This document shows, in pieces, positions 48,616 to 57,272 of a DNA stretch of 64,000 nt. Positions within the stretch are counted from its first letter, which is position 1. Every line of letters starts with the position of its first letter. The notes under the pieces are model-generated. The model was not told the origin of the DNA. It did no database searches and saw only the letters and a list, made by a program, of their open reading frames with translations. This DNA is from Candidatus Methanosuratincola verstraetei (GTDB lineage: Archaea > Thermoproteota > Methanomethylicia > Methanomethylicales > Methanomethylicaceae). The translations under genes were made by a program, and so were the position numbers. Location of the stretch: positions 1,312,001 to 1,376,000 of the forward strand of contig CP186953.1 of assembly GCA_049570475.1 (NCBI GenBank). The letters are read 5' to 3'.

Positions 48616-49052
48616 TTCCTTACCTCAGGCAACCATACGAGCGTTAGGGCTCCCTTTGGGCAGTCCTTGACGCAGCTCGGATCCCCGTCGCAGAGATCGC
48701 ATATTATTGGCAGCTTGGTCTCCGGGTGGAGCTTTATCCCGTGGAACGGGCAAGCCTTCACACAATCGCCGCATGAATTGCATAGCTTAGGATCCACAAC
48801 GATGTTCCCGCCCTTGTAGGAGAGTGCCTTAGTAGGGCAGGCGGTTATGCAGAAGCGCTTCTCGCACCTAGTGCAAATGTGACACTTGAACATCAGTGGA
48901 CCCTTCCTGATTATCGTTATTCGCGAGATCGAGTCCCCGAACTTCTTGTAATGGTATTTCGAGCAACTCAACTCGCATATCTTGCAGAACGCGCATTTCT
49001 TTATGTCAAACCTTATCAAGGGCTTCTTTTCTTGTGCCACAACAACGCTCAT
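48612..49052 (-). CDS. 4Fe-4S polyferredoxin subunit (DmsB/HydN-like) of AOR
   Basis: Four Cys clusters (CAFCKICELSC, CTRC...C..ACP, CNSCGDCVKACP, CDLC...C..CP). Confidence 0.9.
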   Translation of the reverse strand: MSVVVAQEKKPLIRFDIKKCAFCKICELSCSKYHYKKFGDSISRITIIRKGPLMFKCHICTRCEKRFCITACPTKALSYKGGNIVVDPKLCNSCGDCVKACPFHGIKLHPETKLPIICDLCDGDPSCVKDCPKGALTLVWLPEVRK

Positions 49053-49178
49053 AGAGATCCCATGCCTTGTCTTCGATTAAAAGTCAAGTATTACTTATTC
49101 CTTTTGTATAAATGGCTTATAGGGACAGTGAAAGGGTTTTTAAAAGCCTTGAGCCATATATGAATATGGAGGAACTTT

Positions 49179-50420
49179 TTGATGGATAAACCTTGGATGA
49201 CTTCCAAATGGTTTGTGAGCCCATTCAACTATGACAGCTCGATGGTCCCCACGCCACCAGGCATCAAGAAGGTTGAGTTCCATGATGTGACACTCAGGGA
49301 TGGGGAACAGCAGGCAGGGGTCGTATTCACGAAATACGACAAGATAGCGATAGGGAGATCCCTCAACAGGGCCGGCGTGGACAGGGTTGAAGTTGGGACG
49401 CCTGGATTCTCCTCGGAGGATCGCGAGGCGCTCCGTGCGTTGGTCGCCGCTTCCCTCGAATGCAAGCTCTTCTCTTGGTGCAGGAACAACCGGCTGGACA
49501 TATCCGCGGCGAAGGACTGCGAGAGCTGGGGTGTCACGATTGAGATCCCTGCAAGCGAGGTGATGATGAAGGGGAGCTACTCAACCACCTTGGAGGAAGT
49601 CGTATCAAAGACCGCGGAGAATGCCGCATACGCGAAATCCGAGGGGATGCGAGTCGTACTCCTCCTCGTGGATTCGACCAGATCGGACTTGGACCTTCTG
49701 AAGAAGATAATCTCTGGAACCGAAAAATACTGCGACTCGTTCGCCCTCTCCGACTCTTTCGGCGCGATACTCCCAATGGCCATGTATGGGTTCGTCAAGA
49801 AAGTGCGCGAGATGACCGCGAAGCCTATTGAAGTGCATTGCCACAACGATTTTGGGATGGCTACAGCGAACACCTTGGCAGGAGTAGCAGCAGGGGCATC
49901 GGCTGTACATGTCACCGTTAATGGGATGGGTGAGAGGGCCGGCAACACCTCACTGAGCGAGGTGGCGCTCGGACTTAAGTTGCTTATGGGAATCGACTCA
50001 AATATCAAGCTGGGGGAGCTTTACCGCCTCTGCAAGCTTGTGGCGGACATCTCTGGCTTCCCGATCCCTATGAATAAGCCGATAGTAGGCGCAAATGTAT
50101 TCAACATCGAGTCCGCCCAGTCAGCGCAGTGGACGCCCAAGGCAGAGGAAGGGTATCTATCGTACCCGTTTGCTTTCGATCTCGTGGGCCACCCTGAACC
50201 GCGGATAATCCTGAGCAAGAAGAGCGGACCTTACAACCTTGACCTCAAGCTCAAGGAACTTGGTCTAGACATCCCGAGGGAGCGGTACCCCGAGATCCTC
50301 GGAAGGGTATATGAGATCTCACTGCAGAAGAGAGGCGCCGTCTCAGACGAAGAATTCCTTGAAATCCTCCAGGACCTCGGACTGTACAGGTATAAGCAGG
50401 AGGATCTGATGAGGGCATAG
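49179..50420 (+). CDS. DRE-TIM condensing enzyme (homocitrate/isopropylmalate/citramalate synthase family), no LeuA regulatory domain
   Basis: DVTLRDGEQ, HCHNDFGMA, NGMGERAGN and NKPIVG motifs. Confidence 0.85.
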   Translation: MMDKPWMTSKWFVSPFNYDSSMVPTPPGIKKVEFHDVTLRDGEQQAGVVFTKYDKIAIGRSLNRAGVDRVEVGTPGFSSEDREALRALVAASLECKLFSWCRNNRLDISAAKDCESWGVTIEIPASEVMMKGSYSTTLEEVVSKTAENAAYAKSEGMRVVLLLVDSTRSDLDLLKKIISGTEKYCDSFALSDSFGAILPMAMYGFVKKVREMTAKPIEVHCHNDFGMATANTLAGVAAGASAVHVTVNGMGERAGNTSLSEVALGLKLLMGIDSNIKLGELYRLCKLVADISGFPIPMNKPIVGANVFNIESAQSAQWTPKAEEGYLSYPFAFDLVGHPEPRIILSKKSGPYNLDLKLKELGLDIPRERYPEILGRVYEISLQKRGAVSDEEFLEILQDLGLYRYKQEDLMRA

Positions 50421-50459
50421 GAAACAATAATTTAATCACCTTTTTTATTTTGTTGAACC

Positions 50460-51245
50460 ATGAAGATATTCAAGGACGGAATTACAGTCGGGGCGCACCC
50501 TGCATTATTCCTCCCCAAGTATGGAACACTGGTTATCGCAGACCTCCACATAGGGTACGAGAGCTCCCTGGGTCAGAAAGGAGTCTTCCTGCCCCAGAAC
50601 TCCTATACCGCCATGCGCAATAGGATCGAAGAGCTGCTCAGGGCTACAGGCGCCAAGAAACTGGCGATTCTAGGGGACTTGAAACATGAATTCGGGAAGC
50701 CCTCACCACAGGAGTGGGTTGAGGTCAAAGACCTGCTCGAAACACTTGGGGCTATGGGTGTGGAGACCCATGTGGTGCGCGGCAACCACGACAACTACGT
50801 CATCGCTATTCTTTCAAGGTATGGCGTCCACCTGCACGAGCATTTTCTGATGATGGACCACATCGTGCTTACGCACGGACATTTGGAGATGGATCTGCCT
50901 GAGAATGCCAAAGTCATCTTAATCGGCCACGAGCACCCTGCAGTCTCTTCATTGGACTCCTCGGGCGCCAGATACAAGTTCAAGTGCTTCCTTGTCGGGA
51001 AGTGCAGGGGCAAGCGGCTCGTGGTGCTGCCTGCATTTTCCCCACTTTCGGCAGGCTCCGGGATAAATGAGATAGATCGTGAGGATTTGCTATCTCCTTA
51101 CCTGCGAAAATCAGACATAGATGAATTCGTGCCGCTCGCGGTGGAGGACGGAATAGGCATTTTCCGTTTCCCTCCAATCGGAGTGATGCGCAGGATCCGT
51201 AAGGGGGACAGGGCTAACGGCCAGGGCAGGAATCAGTATATATAA
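50460..51245 (+). CDS. ICC-like metallophosphoesterase (COG1407-like)
   Basis: ADLHIG, GDLKH, GNHD, HGH, GHEHP and LPAFS. Confidence 0.88.
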   Translation: MKIFKDGITVGAHPALFLPKYGTLVIADLHIGYESSLGQKGVFLPQNSYTAMRNRIEELLRATGAKKLAILGDLKHEFGKPSPQEWVEVKDLLETLGAMGVETHVVRGNHDNYVIAILSRYGVHLHEHFLMMDHIVLTHGHLEMDLPENAKVILIGHEHPAVSSLDSSGARYKFKCFLVGKCRGKRLVVLPAFSPLSAGSGINEIDREDLLSPYLRKSDIDEFVPLAVEDGIGIFRFPPIGVMRRIRKGDRANGQGRNQYI

Positions 51246-51380
51246 AATATATGTAGTATTTTTAATGATAAAAAATTAATAATTTTTTCGAATATAAATA
51301 AAAAATATATTCACTATATTTTGGTATATATAGCGAGTTTTTAAGAGTGTTGGTTAATATTCTATTTAACAGTGATTGGA

Positions 51381-51686
51381 ATGCGGATTGAGAACAAGAA
51401 GATAGAGGGTGATATTAAGGTAGCCGAGGAGCTTACGGTGAATGGCACCATAACGGGGAGTGCAGTCGTTTCAAACGGCGGCAAGCTCATACTCAATGGG
51501 ATAGTCAAGCAGGACGTGATCCTCGAAAGGGGATCTTATGTCGAACTCTACGGCGAGGTCGAGGGCGACGTTCACAACCACGGCGGCGAGCTGAAATTGT
51601 ACGGGAAGGTCAACGGTTCGCTTTACAAGGATGCAGGTGTGATCGTGATCCATCCGACCGCTGTCATCAAAGGCAAGATTTACTGA
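51381..51686 (+). CDS. bactofilin-like beta-helix protein
   Basis: ~17-aa repeats of (L/V)xxxGx(I/V)xGx(V/L) along the whole protein. Confidence 0.65.
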   Translation: MRIENKKIEGDIKVAEELTVNGTITGSAVVSNGGKLILNGIVKQDVILERGSYVELYGEVEGDVHNHGGELKLYGKVNGSLYKDAGVIVIHPTAVIKGKIY

Positions 51687-51791
51687 TTTTCTATTTTTTC
51701 CATCCCCCTTGGATTCACAATCGTTAACAAGCTCCCCAAGATTAGGCTGATTCAGGGCGCGATTCAAGTTCATTTCAAGCCTGGGATCCGC

Positions 51792-52673
51792 TCAATCCTC
51801 AGGCCTATGATCTGTGCTTGCATCCTTTTGGATGGCAGAAGGGGATCTATTAGTTTCGGAGGCTGTGGGGGCTTCGGCGGGGGCTTTAGAGAGGTTAGAA
51901 GCGCTCGGCGCTCCATTACTGAGCATTGAAGCGAATGCCTCTGCCCATGAAAGTGCTGCCCTCCCTCTTTCTGTTATCGTGTAATTTTTGTTCACCCTGT
52001 CCACTGCCAAATATCCCTCCTTTGCTAGCGCCCTCAAATGGAACTGGAGGTGCCCAGTCCTCAAGCCAAGAGTTCTGCTCATCTCTGTGAACTTCATACT
52101 CCCTTGGCTGAGCAGCCTCAGCAAGATAATCCTCCACCTGTTCGAGAGCGGCATCAGGGCATTCTCGATCTCGATGGGTTCTGGCGATCCATTCGTCTTT
52201 GTTTTACCCGTGATGGCATTGTTGGGCTGATCAGAGGAGTCCCGGCTGCAATTGGATCCGAGCGTGGTGTCAAACACAGTTATCAGGATCTTGACTTCTT
52301 TTGTAAGGCTCAAAACTCTCTCCGTGCAGGCTGCGTCGAGGCAGGGCCTTTCAATGGATTCGATCAATACTTCCAACTGACTCAGGAGGAGCAGCGCGCC
52401 CGTCGTGTCGCCCCTTGCAAACCGTCTGAGCCCACCCTCGATCGTCTCTCTCACTTTGTCGAAGCAGTGCTCCTTAATCTCGCATTCCGAAGTTCTGCCA
52501 ATGCCATTCATCTCGGGGTTGAGCAACCCTTGGGTTTCTATGCCGACCAGTGCCCTGACCTCGTCACAGAAAGCCCGGCGGAGGTCTTCATACCTGATCT
52601 TGCCAAAATCCCTCCCCAGCGCCCTTATCTCATTCCTTAGCCCTTCGATTTCTTCAAGCAGTTTCGTTTCCAA
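51792..52673 (-). CDS. ArsR-type wHTH regulator with Cys-containing N-terminal domain
   Basis: PLSNRWRIILL..L, LGLRTGHLQFHLRAL...GYL...YTITERG; six Cys in the N-terminal half. Confidence 0.75.
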   Translation of the reverse strand: METKLLEEIEGLRNEIRALGRDFGKIRYEDLRRAFCDEVRALVGIETQGLLNPEMNGIGRTSECEIKEHCFDKVRETIEGGLRRFARGDTTGALLLLSQLEVLIESIERPCLDAACTERVLSLTKEVKILITVFDTTLGSNCSRDSSDQPNNAITGKTKTNGSPEPIEIENALMPLSNRWRIILLRLLSQGSMKFTEMSRTLGLRTGHLQFHLRALAKEGYLAVDRVNKNYTITERGRAALSWAEAFASMLSNGAPSASNLSKAPAEAPTASETNRSPSAIQKDASTDHRPED

Positions 52674-52752
52674 CCGGGATCACTTTAATAATTAAATATT
52701 AAAAAGTAATACTTATATCTACTGCAGGGGTATTAATAGCGGGGGTAATTTT

Positions 52753-53163
52753 GTGGTAGCTTTACCTGCAGATGTAATGAAGATCCTCAACGATCCGCGG
52801 GCCTCAAAAATACTTGGAACAAAGACCCCTGATGGGCATGTCCACATGATCCACGTCGGCAGCCTGATGGCACCAGATCCAAACACAATAGTTGTAGGCG
52901 CAATATTGATGAAGAGGAGCAGCAGCAACATGGAGAACATGAAAAAATCGAGGGAGCTTGTATCCCTCCTGGTCACGAAGGAGATGACCTCATACGAGAT
53001 CAGGGCAGAGGTTAAGGATTACCTGACTTCTGGGGCGATTGTTGACAGGATGAATTTGGAGCTAAAAAAGATCGGCCTCTCTGCGAGGGGCGTCTGGGTG
53101 CTCGAGCCCAAGGAAGTTTGGAACCAGAGCGCAAGCTACGAGGCTGGCAAGAAGATAGCCTAG
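52753..53163 (+). CDS. pyridoxamine-5'-phosphate-oxidase-like FMN-binding split-barrel protein
   Basis: KILGTKTPDG.VH, S..NM, SYEIRA and EVWNQS pattern. Confidence 0.7.
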   Translation: MVALPADVMKILNDPRASKILGTKTPDGHVHMIHVGSLMAPDPNTIVVGAILMKRSSSNMENMKKSRELVSLLVTKEMTSYEIRAEVKDYLTSGAIVDRMNLELKKIGLSARGVWVLEPKEVWNQSASYEAGKKIA

Positions 53164-53263
53164 CTTGACGGATCCTCTACTTTTTTTGTTTTTAGCTTCA
53201 ATAAGTTCGCTACGAGAGTTGCCCGTGGCGCTTTACAACCTCTCGTGGTTCAAATAAGAAATA

Positions 53264-53434
53264 TTTATATAAAAAGCCCCGTTATTTATGGAACTAAGTG
53301 ATAGTGATGAGGAGTACTGCTGGTGCCTGCCTTCTATTCATTCATACCTGATCGTCTGCCATTTGAAGCTGTTCCACCTCGCAGCAGTCCTCTCATATCT
53401 GCAAACAGAATTCTTATGGTGATCAGGAGGGGCT
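53264..53434 (+). promoter_or_regulatory. ilvBN promoter plus ~140-nt structured leader with short uORF
   Basis: TTTATATA at 53264-53271; stem 53307-53322/53382-53396; uORF 53298-53351; AGGAGG SD before ilvB. Confidence 0.5.
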
Positions 53435-55141
53435 TTGATGAGGGTTTCAGGAGCTAAAGCCTTAGTGGAGGCGCTGAAGGACGAGAAGGTCGAAGTGATC
53501 TTCGGCATACCTGGGGGCTCCACAATACCTTTCTACGACGCTCTTTACGAATGCGCTGAGAAGGGGGATCTGAGGCACATACTTGCCCGCCATGAGCAGT
53601 GCGCTGCGCACATGGCCGACGGATACGCGAGGGCGAAAGGCATACCTGGCGTATGCACTGCCACAAGCGGCCCCGGTGCTACAAACCTTGTGACGGGGAT
53701 AGCCGTCGCGCATATGGACAGCTCACCAGTCGTTGCGATAACGGGGCAAGTCCCCCGTTCCATGATCGGGAAGGATGCCTTCCAGGAGGCTGACATTGTG
53801 GGAATAGTCACCCCGATCACCAAGTATGCCTTCCAGATAACACGGGCCTCAGAAATACCCGATACCGTAAGGGCTGCCTTCATGCTTGCAAACACAAACC
53901 GGAAGGGCCCTGTATTGGTCGACATCCCGAAGGACGTCTTCTACGAGGAGGTCGACTATATGGAGGCAGAGAAGGTCAGGATAGGCGGGTACGTTGTGAA
54001 AAGCGGCGATCCCCATCCCTATTCGATAAAGCGGGCTGTAGGCCTCATACTCGAGTCTGAGCGCCCGCTCATAATAGCCGGAGGGGGAGTGATTGCTTCA
54101 AACGCAAGCGCTGAGCTCGTGAGGCTCGCCGAGACGATGCCCGCTCCGGTAGCGACAACCCTGATGGGAAAGGGGGCAATCCCTGAAGTCCACCCTCTCT
54201 CGCTTGGTATGATTGGGATGCACGGGAAAGGGGAGGCAAACATGGCCGCGGAAGAGGCTGACCTCATCATAGCAGTGGGCATGCGCTTCAATGACCGGAC
54301 TGTGGGCAGGATGGAAAAATTCGGCGAGAACGCCAGGATAATACACATAGACATTGACCCTGCGGAGATAGGGAAGAACTTGGGTGTCGATGTCCCAATC
54401 GTGGCTGACGCGCGGAAGGCCATTGCGGCAATCGCTGACCGCCTGCTCGAGGTGGGGATAAGGAAGAAAGAGAACGAATGGTCGAAAAGGATAGCCGAGC
54501 TTAAGGAGAAGTACAAGGAATTCTACAACAGCGAAGAAGCAAAGGGGTCCCTCAGCCCCAAGCGAATAATGAAGATCCTCCGCGCCTGCATACCTGAAAG
54601 GTCGATCATTACCACAGGAGTGGGGCAAAACCAGATGTGGGCGGCCCTTCATTTCCAGGTGTTAGAACCGCGCACGTTCATCACCTCTGGGGGGTTGGGG
54701 GCCATGGGTTTCGGGTTCCCGGCTTCGTTGGGCGTCAAGGTTGCATGCCCTGAAAGGCCCGTCTTCAACATAGACGGCGACGGGAGCTTCTTGATGACCG
54801 AGCAGGATCTGGCCACTGCTGTGGTAGAGCGGATCCCGACCGTAACCTTGGTGATGGACAACCGGGTGCTTGGGATGGTCAGGCAGTGGCAGTGCATGTT
54901 CTGCGACAAGCGCTACTCAGAGACGGATCTGGGGGCGGTTCCTGACTTTGCCAAGCTTGCGGAGGCATACGGGGCAGAAGGGATCAGGGTGGAGAGCTAC
55001 AGTGAGCTCGAGTCGGCGATAAGAAGGAGCGTCTCTGCCGAAATGCCTGTTGTGATAGATGTCCCTGTCTCGCAGGACGAGAAGGTGCTCCCGATGGTTC
55101 CTCCTGGCAAGACGCTCAGGGAGGTGGTCTGGTTTGGCTGA
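53435..55141 (+). CDS. ilvB: acetolactate synthase large subunit
   Basis: RHEQCAAHMADGYAR, TSGPGATN, FQEAD, GMIGMHG and GDGSF...N TPP motif. Confidence 0.95.
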   Translation: MMRVSGAKALVEALKDEKVEVIFGIPGGSTIPFYDALYECAEKGDLRHILARHEQCAAHMADGYARAKGIPGVCTATSGPGATNLVTGIAVAHMDSSPVVAITGQVPRSMIGKDAFQEADIVGIVTPITKYAFQITRASEIPDTVRAAFMLANTNRKGPVLVDIPKDVFYEEVDYMEAEKVRIGGYVVKSGDPHPYSIKRAVGLILESERPLIIAGGGVIASNASAELVRLAETMPAPVATTLMGKGAIPEVHPLSLGMIGMHGKGEANMAAEEADLIIAVGMRFNDRTVGRMEKFGENARIIHIDIDPAEIGKNLGVDVPIVADARKAIAAIADRLLEVGIRKKENEWSKRIAELKEKYKEFYNSEEAKGSLSPKRIMKILRACIPERSIITTGVGQNQMWAALHFQVLEPRTFITSGGLGAMGFGFPASLGVKVACPERPVFNIDGDGSFLMTEQDLATAVVERIPTVTLVMDNRVLGMVRQWQCMFCDKRYSETDLGAVPDFAKLAEAYGAEGIRVESYSELESAIRRSVSAEMPVVIDVPVSQDEKVLPMVPPGKTLREVVWFG

Positions 55142-55646
55142 AGACGGCATGCGCATAATATCTGCACTCGTCGAGGACAGGCCGGGCGTGCTCTTCAAAG
55201 TTGCCTCGCTTATCAGGAGACGCGGATTCAACATAGCCACAATAACGGTTGGAGGAACCGAGAAGGACAATATCTCGAGGATAACCATCACAATGAGAGG
55301 AAATCCTGCGATCGTCGAGCAGCTGGTCAAGCAGCTCAGCAAGATCCCTGACGTAATCAAGATCAGCGAGCTTGACCCCGAAGACTCTGCATTCAGGGAG
55401 CTGGCTCTTGTGAAGGTTTCTGCGACCGATCCGGCGAAACGTTCTGACATCCTTAACTACATCAACATCTTCAGGGCGCGGGTGATCGATGCCTCGAAGG
55501 ACTCGCTTGTAATAGAGGTTGTCGGGCAGCCGAGGAAAATCCAGGCATTCCTTGACCTCATGAAGGGCTTTGGGATAATCGAAATGGCAAAGACTGGGAT
55601 AGTCGCCCTCTCTAGAGGAGCCAGGTCCACTTCGATAGTTGACTGA
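55134..55646 (+). CDS. ilvN: acetolactate synthase small (ACT) subunit
   Basis: ALVEDRPGVL, RRGFNI, RELALVKV and EMAKTG; TTG at 55134 follows GGAGGTG. Confidence 0.93.
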   Translation: MAEDGMRIISALVEDRPGVLFKVASLIRRRGFNIATITVGGTEKDNISRITITMRGNPAIVEQLVKQLSKIPDVIKISELDPEDSAFRELALVKVSATDPAKRSDILNYINIFRARVIDASKDSLVIEVVGQPRKIQAFLDLMKGFGIIEMAKTGIVALSRGARSTSIVD

Positions 55647-55750
55647 TCGTCTTGTGAATCTTTATTTTTTCACTGGTGCCCCCCCACAAACGGGAAAAAA
55701 GGCAAATGTTTTATTTTCTCAGTTCGAATATGATTCCAGAGGAGATCTCA

Positions 55751-55972
55751 ATGGGCTACATGTGCGGATGCATAAACGGGCACACTTGGTGGTACTTCAC
55801 CGACGCGACCCCATGTCCATACTGTGGCACCACTGAGAAGGTTTGCACCGAATATGAACGCAAGGACCTCGTCAAATACGAGTGCGAGAAGAACCACAAA
55901 TTCTGGGCTGACTACAAGGTCACCATGTGCCCGCTGTGCGGCACCAAGAACGTAACCAAGAAGAGCGCCTAA
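55751..55972 (+). CDS. 73-aa protein with two tandem zinc-ribbon repeats
   Basis: CINGHTW...CPYCGT and CEKNHKF...CPLCGT; GAGGAG SD upstream. Confidence 0.75.
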   Translation: MGYMCGCINGHTWWYFTDATPCPYCGTTEKVCTEYERKDLVKYECEKNHKFWADYKVTMCPLCGTKNVTKKSA

Positions 55973-56196
55973 ACAAAACCTCTTCTTTTTTTCAGGTTTG
56001 TTGACTTTGTAGGTGGGCTGAAAATAGTATTTGCAACAATGAGGCAGCATTTGCGGTTTAATTGCCCTCGTGCACCGCAGCAGTTGATTGGTTTTTTCCT
56101 TCGTTACAGGCGGATTCGATGTAGAGTTTGATTTTAACGCGTCAATTTTGGTCATATTTATAAACAGCAAAGTATATTCAAATTCCGGTGAGATGT

Positions 56197-57186
56197 ATGG
56201 TAACCATATACAAGGACAATGACGCAGATCTTTCTATACTCAAAGGCAAGAAAATTGCAGTTCTCGGCTATGGCAGCCAAGGCAGGCACCAGGCCCTGAA
56301 CCTCAAAGACAGTGGCTTGGACGTGGTCATAGGCTTGAAGAAGGGGAGCAAGTCTTGGAAAGTCGCTGAGCAAGACGGATTCAATGTGTACTCTGTCGCT
56401 GAAGCCTCTAAGATTGCGGACTTCATAATAATGCTGATACCTGACGTGAGGCAGCCTGAAGTTTACGCCTCAGAGATCGCGCCGAACCTGAAGGCTGGCA
56501 AGATCCTCGGCGTGTCTCACGGCTTCAACATCCACTTCGGCCTCGTGAAACCCCCGAAGGATATCGACGTGATAATGGTCGCACCGAAGAGCCCTGGCGT
56601 CAGGGTTAGGGAGGAGTACCTGAAGGGATATGGCGTCCCCTCAATAGTCGCGGTATACCAGGACTACTCAGGGAAGGCTTGGGCTGAGACCTTGGCGTGG
56701 GCAAAGGGAATCGGATCGACTAGACCCGGGGTCATAAAGACCACATTCAAGGAGGAGACTGAGACCGACATCTTCGGTGAGCAGTGTGTCTTGGTCGGCG
56801 GTCTCATGGAACTCATAAAGACAGGTTTTGAGGTCTTGACGGAGAAGGGCTACCAGCCAGAGGTTGCATATTTCGAGGTATGCAACGAGGCTAAGCTGAT
56901 AATGGACCTGATCTTCCAGGGCGGGATGGAGAAGATGCTCAAGGGCGTCAGCGACACCGCCAAGTACGGTGGGCTCGTTTACGGTCCAAAGGTCATTGAC
57001 GACGATACAAAGAGGAAGATGGAATGGGTTCTCGGGAACATCACGAGCGGCAACTTTGCAAAGGAATGGATGTCTGATCCAGCAGCGAGCATGAAGCGCC
57101 TCAGTGCCCTGATGGAAGAGACGATGAACCATCCGATAGAGAAGGTTGGCAAGGAAGTCAGGCGCCTGATGGGTCAGGAGAAATAG
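56197..57186 (+). CDS. ilvC: ketol-acid reductoisomerase
   Basis: GYGSQG, HGFNIHF, MVAPKSPG, ETETDIFGEQ and AYFE. Confidence 0.95.
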   Translation: MVTIYKDNDADLSILKGKKIAVLGYGSQGRHQALNLKDSGLDVVIGLKKGSKSWKVAEQDGFNVYSVAEASKIADFIIMLIPDVRQPEVYASEIAPNLKAGKILGVSHGFNIHFGLVKPPKDIDVIMVAPKSPGVRVREEYLKGYGVPSIVAVYQDYSGKAWAETLAWAKGIGSTRPGVIKTTFKEETETDIFGEQCVLVGGLMELIKTGFEVLTEKGYQPEVAYFEVCNEAKLIMDLIFQGGMEKMLKGVSDTAKYGGLVYGPKVIDDDTKRKMEWVLGNITSGNFAKEWMSDPAASMKRLSALMEETMNHPIEKVGKEVRRLMGQEK

Positions 57187-57272
57187 CTCAGTTAATTGTA
57201 AGACCGTGCTCCTTTCTTTTTTTTGGAAAAAATAATATACTCATTTTCAGTAATTAATATCTGGTCTTGTAA

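Noticed and set aside
28162-50420. Nitrogen fixation inferred from NifB plus a homocitrate-synthase-like gene
   Set aside because: The two genes are ~20 kb apart, no nifHDK is present in the window, and both have other plausible roles.
53212-53246. Hairpin ACGAGAGTTG/CAACCTCTCGT as a tRNA fragment or sRNA
   Set aside because: A single imperfect stem with no cloverleaf, T-loop consensus or box motifs.
53320-53400. TPP riboswitch upstream of TPP-dependent ilvB (contains GGTGC and ACCTGATC)
   Set aside because: The essential CUGAGA element and the downstream UAAU..CAGCG.AGGGA segment are absent.
55751-55972. Zinc-ribbon microprotein as the missing LysW
   Set aside because: It has no acidic C-terminal EDWGE motif, ends in KKSA, and has two ribbons.
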